Source: a virus
Lineage: Duplodnaviria > Caudoviricetes
Reading direction: 5' to 3' (one strand)
IMG/VR virus record: IMGVR_UViG_3300038673_000502
Coordinates: 1 to 24,952 of that record
Length of the DNA: 24,952 bases
In this document: positions 1 through 7,537 of the stretch, piece after piece
Layout: each line of letters starts with the position of its first letter
Numbering within the stretch: the stretch's first letter is position 1
Made by a program: the position numbers and the translations under genes
The notes under the pieces: model-generated
The model's database searches: none
Seen by the model: only the letters and a program-made list of their open reading frames with translations
Told to the model about the DNA's origin: nothing

Positions 1-1361
1 TGTAACGCCGTCGCGGTGCGTTCGTCAATCCGGTTTATCATAGAAAACTTTTTCGCCCCGGCGCCGTAGCCAAAACCCAGGACGGACATTTTCATAAATG
101 AGTAGCGCGGGTCAGCTTTCGACACTTTTTCGCCATACATCTTTTCCCCGAAAATCAAGTAAGGTGATTCCCCGGCCTCAATCCTTGCGAGCTGTTCCGT
201 GTCGCCCGCGTAATACAGCGACAGATAATTTTCAATCCCGCGCCAGTCGCTTTCTATTAAAGTCTTTCCTTTTGGGGCGCAAATGATACCACGCTGGAGC
301 GCCGGGACCGGGGCAGTGTTTTTTTCCTTTTCCCAGTTCTCAACTTTTTGCCGGGAAAAATTGAAGAAATTTACGCCCCAGGATTGAAAGCGGCCCGTAC
401 CCGCCGCGTGAAATATCGTGGCGTTTCGCACTCGGTCCCCATGGGCACGGTCGAGTATCGCCTCGGCCTTGTCCCCGGCGCGGGCGGTAAGAAGTTTTCG
501 AGCATATAGAACAGTTTCGATTTCCTTTATTTTCGGGTGCGTAGAAAAATCAATCGCTTCAAGCGTCGTTGCGCGAGCGTCGGGCAGATCAATGTCAAAA
601 GCCGTTTTCATGTACTGGCAAAACGCGGCTGACGCGGACAGCACCAGCGCCCCGCCTGCCGTCCGTCCGGCAATTTCGTCCGCGATCTTTACCGCGTTCT
701 TTTTGTCAGACTCTTTTCGGTCCAGCAAAAACCGGGCGGCCTTTGCGTCCACCGGGACGCCCCGAACGTCGATTGCCTGCGCCGCGCGGAACTCTTCTAT
801 TTCAAATCCGTTGTTAATCAATTTCTTAAAAATTGCCTTTGATAACACAGCGTCATGCAGACAGTATTTTTCAAACATCGCCGCGTCTTGCCTGTCTTCG
901 CACACACGAAAAGCGCCGTCTTTTTGCGGTACGCAGTATTTTGCAATAAGGCTTTTTCCTTCCGGCATTTTCTCTAAATCGAACGCCGCCGCCACGTCCT
1001 CAAGTTTCGCCCTGGGTGCGCAAATGCCAAACCACCGGGCGAGGGCGGCGGTACAAAGCCAATTTCTCCAGTCCGCCGCACGGGTGCCGGGGTAGAATTG
1101 ATTAAAGAATGACCATTCAAAAAACCAATTATGCGCGACGAAAAGCCCTTTATGATTTAATACCTTTGCGGGGATTTTCTTTCCGCCGGTATAGTTTGTC
1201 TGAATAAGCGGTTTATCTGTCAGGCCGACGACGGCGCAAATAAGCCAGTCGGCGGACGGGTGAGCAAAGTATCGGGTCGCCCCGTTCTCAATCGGTTCAG
1301 CAGATTTTGTTTCAAGATCAACAAAAATTGTCTTGACAGATTTAAGGGTTTTTGATTTCAT
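1..1361 (-). CDS. Family A DNA polymerase with 3'-5' exonuclease domain (SPO2/APSE-like phage type); truncated at window edge
   Basis: Hand translation from ATG at 1361 (MKSKTLKSVKTIFVDLETKS...) is open to base 1. ExoI IFVDLET, ExoII VAHNWFFE, ExoIII YCLHD, GTGRFQS, motif A ESDWRGIE, motif B KMSVLGFGYG. Not in the ORF track, probably because the stop lies outside the window. Confidence 0.93.
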   Translation of the reverse strand, partial: MKSKTLKSVKTIFVDLETKSAEPIENGATRYFAHPSADWLICAVVGLTDKPLIQTNYTGGKKIPAKVLNHKGLFVAHNWFFEWSFFNQFYPGTRAADWRNWLCTAALARWFGICAPRAKLEDVAAAFDLEKMPEGKSLIAKYCVPQKDGAFRVCEDRQDAAMFEKYCLHDAVLSKAIFKKLINNGFEIEEFRAAQAIDVRGVPVDAKAARFLLDRKESDKKNAVKIADEIAGRTAGGALVLSASAAFCQYMKTAFDIDLPDARATTLEAIDFSTHPKIKEIETVLYARKLLTARAGDKAEAILDRAHGDRVRNATIFHAAGTGRFQSWGVNFFNFSRQKVENWEKEKNTAPVPALQRGIICAPKGKTLIESDWRGIENYLSLYYAGDTEQLARIEAGESPYLIFGEKMYGEKVSKADPRYSFMKMSVLGFGYGAGAKKFSMINRIDERTATAL

Positions 1362-1398
1362 AAGGCCAGTGTGCCTCCCTGCATATAATTCTCTGTGC

Positions 1399-1431
1399 AA
1401 TCCCCGCCCTTTATGGGCGGGGATTTTTTTT
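1399..1431 (+). terminator. GC-rich hairpin, intrinsic terminator-like, between SSB and polymerase genes
   Basis: AATCCCCGCCC-TTTAT-GGGCGGGGATT is a perfect 11-bp stem, with a T8 run (1424-1431) on the + strand only. Confidence 0.7.
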
Positions 1432-1443
1432 CGTCAATTGAGT

Positions 1444-2127
1444 TTAAAGCAGCGCGCCTTTCATCTTTTTACCCGGCTTATGCTCGATCTGGTTTGTTGC
1501 CGGAGGAACGTCTGCAAACGGATCGATACTTGCTATCCGCTCGCCGTCGGCCACTTTCCGCACACCGTTCAAGTACATGGTGATCCCGCGCCCGGCGTCC
1601 ACGTCATAGGCCGCGATAAAAACAGCCACATCCGCAATTGCGCCAGAATAGAATTCCTGCGTCACAATCGCGGGCGGACAATCGGTATTGTCGGCCAGGC
1701 GAACCGTGGGCGGGTATTTGGCGACGAATTCATCGAGCGCCGTTTCCCGCCGGACGGTCTGATGTGCCGCAAGGGACAGGCCGAGATCAGTCTGTTTGAA
1801 CAGGGATTTATCCACGTCGAGAGTCAACGCGGTTTTCAGGACTTTCATCCGCTGATCGGCGCCCCACGCCACGCTCGCGCTTTTCATGTACTGCTCAAGC
1901 GCGCTCTTCATCGCCGCGACAAATTCCTTTTCGCCGCCTTGAAGAATCATCTGCGTGCGATACATCGCTTTTAACGGGTCGTCCTTGTCCTGGGCGGGTT
2001 TGTCGATGAAAACCCAGTTCAACATAACGCCCCTGATTACCGCGTTGATCCCTTTCGGACTGATTTTGGTGACAACCAGTTCCGATTTTGCGACCGGGGC
2101 CGCTGTTCCTTTTACTTCTTTTGCCAT
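1444..2127 (-). CDS. Single-stranded DNA-binding protein, DUF2815 / T7 gp2.5-like
   Basis: EFYSGAIADVAVFIAAYD..GRGITMYLNGVRKVADGERI matches the DUF2815 signature as I recall it. Sits between a DUF2800 nuclease and PolA, the usual triad. Start uncertain: 2127 preferred, 2139 or 2220 possible. Confidence 0.82.
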   Translation of the reverse strand: MAKEVKGTAAPVAKSELVVTKISPKGINAVIRGVMLNWVFIDKPAQDKDDPLKAMYRTQMILQGGEKEFVAAMKSALEQYMKSASVAWGADQRMKVLKTALTLDVDKSLFKQTDLGLSLAAHQTVRRETALDEFVAKYPPTVRLADNTDCPPAIVTQEFYSGAIADVAVFIAAYDVDAGRGITMYLNGVRKVADGERIASIDPFADVPPATNQIEHKPGKKMKGALL

Positions 2128-2216
2128 TTTCTGTACCATCCTATAAATTTTATAATTTGCCGTTTCCGGCATGTGGGCGGTTTTGAACGTGATCGCCGCC
2201 GCCCCCGTTTTCCCCC

Positions 2217-3272
2217 TCATATAAATTTAAAGCCTTTACGCGGGGGCCGGACGACGATACTGTTTATCGCGTCTTTATCCGCGCCGACCTTTTCCGCCTG
2301 GGCCGGTGAAATAAACCTTTCCTCGATCATGTTTTCGATCTTGACGCCAATCCGCGTAGCTATGTCAAGTCTGTTCATATCTCTCGGCCACGCCCGTGTC
2401 CCGGCGGTGTACTCGACCGACACGCCGGGGATAACGCCGCCCAGATCAATAAAAAGCTGCGCTTCCTTCTTTATCGTTTCAAACAATTTTTCAGCGGGCT
2501 TTGCAAGGCGCAGAGCCTCAGAAAGCCTTTCCGGTTCCCGCGTTATAGAATCAATCGCGCCGGGCCGGGTCCATTTTGCAATTTCCGCGCGGATTTTCGC
2601 GCACGTTGAAAGCCTTTGACAATAGGCGCAGTGGTTGCCGGTCTGGAATTGCTTTTTCGCGGTCCGGGCGATTAAATCCTTTGCGACACTGGAAAGATAG
2701 TCCGGTTCTATGTCCCCGCCAGTGTACGCAACGGAATTAAACCGAGCGTTAATGATAATTCCTTTCCAGCGTTTAATTTTTTTATTCTCGGCGGCTTTCA
2801 TGTGGGCGTACAGTTTCAACTGACTGTTCCCCTCGGCCTCGACCTCACGCCAGCCCATTTTGTGATCGATGATTGTAACCGTATCGCCCATCTCTGCCAT
2901 GCAATCTGCCGTGCCTGAAAACCGAACGTTCCTGATTTTGGCCGCGAGTTCCTGTTCCACGCCGATTGAATCAATCCGCGCATCGGCTATTTCCTGCACA
3001 GTCGTTTCCACGGCAAAACGTACTAAAGCCGCATCGTCGGTGTTTTCAGGAAGAGGCCGCGCCGGGTCACGGAGCATATCCGCAATGATACCATGCAACC
3101 GCGTTCCTTCCTTAGCATCCTCGTCCCGCTCCAGCACGAGCGGCGATTTCACCGCCTGAAGCGACAACGCGCATTTTTCCCACACCATCCACGCGGACGG
3201 CGACACGGAGAGCGCGGCCTTTGCGCCGGAGCTTTTACTTTTTGACTTTACGGCTTTTACTGTTTTTTTCAT
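2217..3272 (-). CDS. PD-(D/E)XK nuclease, DUF2800 / Cas4-like with probable Fe-S cluster
   Basis: SPSAWMVWEKC, EGTRLH, GTADC, IIDHKMG, SQLKLYA and C-terminal HCAYC-x5-C; GGAG upstream of the ATG. Confidence 0.85.
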   Translation of the reverse strand: MKKTVKAVKSKSKSSGAKAALSVSPSAWMVWEKCALSLQAVKSPLVLERDEDAKEGTRLHGIIADMLRDPARPLPENTDDAALVRFAVETTVQEIADARIDSIGVEQELAAKIRNVRFSGTADCMAEMGDTVTIIDHKMGWREVEAEGNSQLKLYAHMKAAENKKIKRWKGIIINARFNSVAYTGGDIEPDYLSSVAKDLIARTAKKQFQTGNHCAYCQRLSTCAKIRAEIAKWTRPGAIDSITREPERLSEALRLAKPAEKLFETIKKEAQLFIDLGGVIPGVSVEYTAGTRAWPRDMNRLDIATRIGVKIENMIEERFISPAQAEKVGADKDAINSIVVRPPRKGFKFI

Positions 3273-3528
3273 CGTGTGCTTCTCCTGTTATATATTTCTG
3301 GTTGTTCTTTGCGTTGTAAACAAGCAGAGCTTCTTTTGAAAGCCTTCCGGCGGCGGCCAGGCGGCAGAGCGAGCGAAAAACTATTGCCGCCGGTTGTGGC
3401 GGTGTGCAGCATTCGCCGATTGCCCTGAGTGTCGGATAAAATCCTTTTTCGGATTTCAACTCCATTAACTTTTTTTCAACGAAAGCGTCGAAAACAAGCA
3501 CCTGCCCTTTTCCCATTCTAATTCTCAT
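3235..3528 (-). CDS. Small winged-helix DNA-binding protein, LexA N-terminal-like
   Basis: GFYPTLRAIGE resembles the LexA GYPPTxREI motif and is followed by a helix (VFRSLCRLAAAGRL). Overlaps both neighbours in the operon. No peptidase domain. Confidence 0.6.
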   Translation of the reverse strand: MRIRMGKGQVLVFDAFVEKKLMELKSEKGFYPTLRAIGECCTPPQPAAIVFRSLCRLAAAGRLSKEALLVYNAKNNQKYITGEAHDEKNSKSRKVKK

Positions 3529-4063
3529 ATTTTTTAACCTCGGTTTTCAATATCTTTTTACGGGTCGGAACTTTGCGACAAGTGGCATCGTCTTTACACC
3601 CGACGCAGATGTCCACCCTTTTCTTACCTTTTGTAGTGTAGTCCAGTTTTTCCGTATCGTAGACTTGATACAGCACTAAATTTTCTCTTCTATTATTTAA
3701 AGGATTTCCGTCCCGGTGCCGGACGCCTTTACAGTGGGGAATTTCCCCCATTATATATTCGTGTAGTTTTACCTGTTTCGTTCTATATCCACATTTTGTT
3801 CCAGGGGCGCTGATACGCGCGTCCGTTGCCACTGCGTCTATTTTATCGTTTTTCCACACTATATGCCAGGAATACAAAGGGCCGGAATAATCGACGACGC
3901 GCAGCGGATAGCCGTTTTTGTCGCGTGGGTCTTTGGCGCCCTTATAATCCGTGACACGTTTTTCACCGCTAAAACGGGCATAATTTTTAACGCGCTCTGC
4001 GTCTTTATCATTCACATAAACTGGATGATCGCCGCGTTTTGACTTTATTATAAACACTGCCAT
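3518..4063 (-). CDS. HNH endonuclease (HNH_3-type)
   Basis: LHEYIMG...VRHRDGNPLNNRRENL motif. Start moved to ATG 4063 (MAVFIIK), which has GAGG upstream; the track's TTG start at 4120 coincides with a TTGACA box. Confidence 0.8.
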   Translation of the reverse strand: MAVFIIKSKRGDHPVYVNDKDAERVKNYARFSGEKRVTDYKGAKDPRDKNGYPLRVVDYSGPLYSWHIVWKNDKIDAVATDARISAPGTKCGYRTKQVKLHEYIMGEIPHCKGVRHRDGNPLNNRRENLVLYQVYDTEKLDYTTKGKKRVDICVGCKDDATCRKVPTRKKILKTEVKKYEN

Positions 4064-4087
4064 GGACGCCTCTTCGCTTTTAATTGT

Positions 4088-4120
4088 ATTACACATACTA
4101 CCGCCGAATAAATTTGTCAA
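4088..4120 (-). promoter_or_regulatory. Candidate leftward sigma70-type promoter for the replication operon
   Basis: Perfect TTGACA (4120-4115) with an AT-rich tract upstream (4121-4170). The -10 is imperfect: TATGTG at 17-bp spacing, TAGTAT at 14. Confidence 0.45.
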
Positions 4121-4182
4121 GTGATTTTAGTAAAAAAATTAAAATTATCAATAATAAATCATTTCAATTAGAGATCGCCGGA

Positions 4183-4525
4183 GGCGTCCGGGCAAGTGTC
4201 CGGCCACTTAAAAAGCCAGCCCGTTTTTGCCATCTAAAAATTTTTTGCATCACGTGAAAAATTTCAGTCTGAAAAAGCGTCAATTTTCGGCACAAAATAT
4301 TCTGCCCGGACGCCCCAGGCGCGTTCATACCGTGTTCGTAAGTCCTGAATTTATCAGGACTTACGCCATTAAATACCCCACAAGTGTTTAGTGTGTCCGT
4401 CCTCTCTCTATTTATAATATAAAGTTCTAAAAAATATAAATAATTTTCACCACGTGATGCGAAGCGTGTGTGTGCAGGAATACTTTTGAAGCGCCTCGGA
4501 CGGACGTGCTGGGAGGACGCCCCAG
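4183..4525. repeat. Cluster of inverted and direct repeats in the divergent intergenic region; candidate replication origin/control locus
   Basis: GGCGTCCGGGCA (4183-4194) / TGCCCGGACGCC (4303-4314) inverted; CGTAAGTCCTGA-ATTTA-TCAGGACTTACG palindrome (4337-4365); GCATCACGTG (4247-4256) / CACGTGATGC (4451-4460) inverted; GGACGCCCCAG direct at 4308 and 4515; AT-rich tract ~4409-4448. Confidence 0.75.
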
Positions 4526-4563
4526 AAACAGCCCCGGTGGTAAGAAAACAAAATAAAAACTAC

Positions 4564-4592
4564 TTGACACTTTGCCCGCGCCATGCTCTTAT
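4564..4592 (+). promoter_or_regulatory. Candidate rightward promoter for the glycosyltransferase/late operon
   Basis: TTGACA at 4564-4569 preceded by A-tracts, 17-bp spacer, then TG-C-TCTTAT (extended, imperfect -10). Confidence 0.42.
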
Positions 4593-4599
4593 GGGCGGC

Positions 4600-5868
4600 A
4601 TGGAAACGATAAAACTGTCTATTTCAGTCATGGCGCACCCATCACGGGAGCGTCATTTTGCTTTTTTGGCGGAAAAATTACAATTTCCGGTATCCTCGTT
4701 CTGTATCGACGAGCAGAATAATCTACTTGAAAACTCCAAACGCTCGTGGCGGGCGCACGACCCGAGCGCTGATTTCCATTGCGTGGTCCAAGACGACGCC
4801 GTACCGGTTGATAATTTCCGCGAACGGGCAGCGGCGTTTATTACGGAGCAGGAGGAGCGACGCATACAAGCGGGCCGCCCGGTGCAGGGATATAATTTCT
4901 TCCTTAAACAGGATAACAAATTAACACCGCTCTGGCCGAAGGACGGTGTGTACACGGACAATGTTACCAGGGCGGGTATAGCAATCTGCCTGCCCGGGGC
5001 GCACATAAAACCGATGCTGGTGGAATTTGATCGCCAGCGCTCTCGCCACGACGATGACCGTATATCGGAGTATTGCAAGCGCAACGGCATGAAAATTCTT
5101 TTTCCCGTCCCCTCCCTGGTCAACCACCGTATCGACCAACCGAGTTTAGCCAATAATCCTATCGGGTTTGAAGCGTGGAAAATGGACGGGTGCGAGCCGG
5201 TAACGATACCGAAAATCATTCATCAGTTATGGGTGGGGCCGCATCCCAGGCCGACAGTGTGGATGGACACATGGAAAGAAAAGCATCCAGGTTGGGAGTA
5301 TCGGTTATGGGACAATGAGGCGGTATTCGGGCGGACGTGGGAGAACCAGAAACATATTGACTATTTTCGCGCGCGGCAGATGTGGCCGGGAGTATCGGAC
5401 GTGTGTACGTATGAGATATTATATGAGTACGGCGGTTTTATGCCGTCGGCTGACGCGGTATGTGTGAACGCGATTGACGAATTGTATTATAATGATTATG
5501 ATGGATACAGCGTGTGGGAAAATGAGAAAATCAGGCCGGGCCTTATATCGCCGTTACACGCGAGCGTTAAGGGCGGCGTGTTTGCCCGTGAGCTTATTGA
5601 CGGGTTGACGGGCCGCACGCCGAATAACGTACCGTGGAAAACAGTTGGCAATGCGTATATGGGGGAAATGTTCAAAAAGACGAAAGCGAAGGTAAAGATT
5701 TTTCCGTCACACTATTTTATCCCTGAACATTTTTTGGGGGAAAAATACGAGGGGACAGACAAAATATACGTCCGCCAAATGTGGGGATCGACCACGCGAT
5801 GTTATACCGCCGGTATGGAAGGCCGGGAAAAAGACGGAGAAAAGCTATGTCTAACAAAGCCACGCTAA
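4600..5868 (+). CDS. Two-domain glycosyltransferase: N-terminal phage GT-A domain fused to a GT32/DXD sugar-binding-like domain
   Basis: Domain 1: SVMAHPSR, VVQDDAVP, PSLVNH. Domain 2 (from 5206): IPKIIHQLWVG, W..KHPGWEYRLWD, SDVCTYEILYEYGG. Start probably ATG 4600 or 4591 rather than the track's 4468. Confidence 0.85.
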   Translation: METIKLSISVMAHPSRERHFAFLAEKLQFPVSSFCIDEQNNLLENSKRSWRAHDPSADFHCVVQDDAVPVDNFRERAAAFITEQEERRIQAGRPVQGYNFFLKQDNKLTPLWPKDGVYTDNVTRAGIAICLPGAHIKPMLVEFDRQRSRHDDDRISEYCKRNGMKILFPVPSLVNHRIDQPSLANNPIGFEAWKMDGCEPVTIPKIIHQLWVGPHPRPTVWMDTWKEKHPGWEYRLWDNEAVFGRTWENQKHIDYFRARQMWPGVSDVCTYEILYEYGGFMPSADAVCVNAIDELYYNDYDGYSVWENEKIRPGLISPLHASVKGGVFARELIDGLTGRTPNNVPWKTVGNAYMGEMFKKTKAKVKIFPSHYFIPEHFLGEKYEGTDKIYVRQMWGSTTRCYTAGMEGREKDGEKLCLTKPR

Positions 5869-6200
5869 AGCGCGGCGGCATAACCGCCGAAAAAGCAGCG
5901 ATTCTCGGAAAAAAAGGGGGAATCGCGTCTGGAAAAGCTAAACGAGAAAAGAAGCTTATGTCCGCAATTCTCGCGGATTATCTTGCGCGACAGAAAGGAT
6001 ATGATTCGTTCGACAAGTATATAGATAGAGTTCTGAAACGCGGCGACAGTTCCACAGTATCAATGATAAAGACTTTTGCTGACGTGATTGAAGGTAGCAA
6101 GGTGAAAACTGAGACCGTTCTTACGATTAACACCGACGATGAAAAAGTACAACAGGTACTAAAAGAATTTGGCATTAATAAACCAGAACCAAAAGATTGA
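5847..6200 (+). CDS. terS: Terminase small subunit (putative)
   Basis: GKKGGIASGKAKREKK N-terminal motif common in phage TerS; immediately precedes and overlaps TerL; GGAG upstream of ATG 5847. Confidence 0.72.
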   Translation: MSNKATLKRGGITAEKAAILGKKGGIASGKAKREKKLMSAILADYLARQKGYDSFDKYIDRVLKRGDSSTVSMIKTFADVIEGSKVKTETVLTINTDDEKVQQVLKEFGINKPEPKD

Positions 6201-7533
6201 TCACGTCGCGCTCCTTCGCGCGTGGCTTACCGAACCGCACAAGCTCGGTCATATACTTGGTTATGATAAATTGTCGCCGCTCCACGGTGAATGGATAAAG
6301 TATTTTTACCGTTACGCGAAATTCGGCGTCCTTCAGGCCCACCGGGGCAGCTATAAAACGACGTGTGGAATCGTTGCAATGACGCTCCTGTTTCTTTGTG
6401 ACCCGGCTATGCGCCTTCTGATCGTGCGGAAAAATTCATCCCTCGCAAGCGATATTTTAAAAACGATTCAAAAACACTTTGAGACTAATGACGTTTTGCG
6501 CCTGTATATGTTTTCGCGCTGGAATATCGTTGACGCAAAAACCGGTGTATGGTCAAGCGAGCGGACGATGTTTTCTTTTAAGAAAACTGTGACACCTGAA
6601 GCGTCGATCACGGCGGCGGGCGTGGGCGCATCGATAACAGGCGCACACTTTGATTATATTTGGTCTGATGATATTGTCACTATTGAGGACCGCTACAGCC
6701 CGGCGGCGCGTGAGTGGGCGAAGGCGTATTTTCGGGAATTGAATAACTTGATTGACCCACTCGGTCAGACGCGGCTTTCCGGCACGCCCTGGCATGAAGA
6801 TGACGTATTTTCCACCATAGAGGAAACGTATTTTGAGGGGCGGCGCTTTCCGGTCGGCACGGTCCCTATGCCTGCGGACGAACTCGCGGAGATTATGGCG
6901 CGGAAAGACCGACTGCCGTATGCGGAATGGTGTTGTAACTATGAATTGCGGCACGTCCAGGATAACGACACGATCGGCGCATTTAAAACGGCGGACGTAT
7001 GGGATTGTCAATATTGCGTGGCGTTCATCGATCCGTCATTTAGCGATAAGACAGATACCGACGCGACGACTGCCGCCGTGGTGGGCGTGAATAAGCGGGG
7101 CATGTTATTATTTACGGGTATAAAACTGCCGAAGTCGATTGCGGATATACCGACGCGCCGGGCGATACTTGATTTTTTCGCGCGCTTTACGCCGATTGAG
7201 GCGACTATTGAATCGCAGATCGCGGACTCTTCTATATTTTTTATAGACGCGTTTCGGTCGCTTGAGGGGCCGTACCCGGTTAAGAATTTGTGGCTATACC
7301 AACGGGCGGACCGGAATAAACACGAACGAATAGCGGCGACGGTTATTGCTAATAAGCCGGAGCTTTACATTTTGGACGGAACGCAACAGGAATTTTCGCT
7401 TGGCGTGTCCCGGTATTACAAAGGCGCGCCACATGATGACTGTCCGGACGTTTTAGCGGGCGCGATAAACAGGTTGGCCACGTCGCCGATTGTGGCAGAA
7501 TACGCGGCAGCAATTAAGGTTTTAAAGAGGTAA
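6169..7533 (+). CDS. terL: Terminase large subunit
   Basis: Walker A-like AHRGSYKTT, Walker B GAHFDYIWSDD, coupling motif GTPWH, nuclease FIDPS and HDDCPD. Confidence 0.93.
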   Translation: MALINQNQKIDHVALLRAWLTEPHKLGHILGYDKLSPLHGEWIKYFYRYAKFGVLQAHRGSYKTTCGIVAMTLLFLCDPAMRLLIVRKNSSLASDILKTIQKHFETNDVLRLYMFSRWNIVDAKTGVWSSERTMFSFKKTVTPEASITAAGVGASITGAHFDYIWSDDIVTIEDRYSPAAREWAKAYFRELNNLIDPLGQTRLSGTPWHEDDVFSTIEETYFEGRRFPVGTVPMPADELAEIMARKDRLPYAEWCCNYELRHVQDNDTIGAFKTADVWDCQYCVAFIDPSFSDKTDTDATTAAVVGVNKRGMLLFTGIKLPKSIADIPTRRAILDFFARFTPIEATIESQIADSSIFFIDAFRSLEGPYPVKNLWLYQRADRNKHERIAATVIANKPELYILDGTQQEFSLGVSRYYKGAPHDDCPDVLAGAINRLATSPIVAEYAAAIKVLKR

Positions 7534-7537
7534 TACC

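Noticed and set aside
98-1974. Plus-strand ORFs 98-286, 418-1095, 569-817, 1333-1974
   Set aside because: Antisense shadows of the polymerase and SSB genes, which carry clear motifs on the minus strand.
2217-3272. Cas4-like nuclease as evidence of a CRISPR-Cas system
   Set aside because: No repeat-spacer array or other cas genes seen; the DUF2800-SSB-PolA context is a standard phage replication module.
4468-4599. N-terminal 44 codons of the track's 466-aa ORF
   Set aside because: Overlaps the repeat region and TTGACA box; GT-like sequence begins only at METIKLSISVMAH.
5847-5960. KGG 'stress-induced protein' motif
   Set aside because: The same motif is common at the N-terminus of phage small terminases, and the position before terL fits that.
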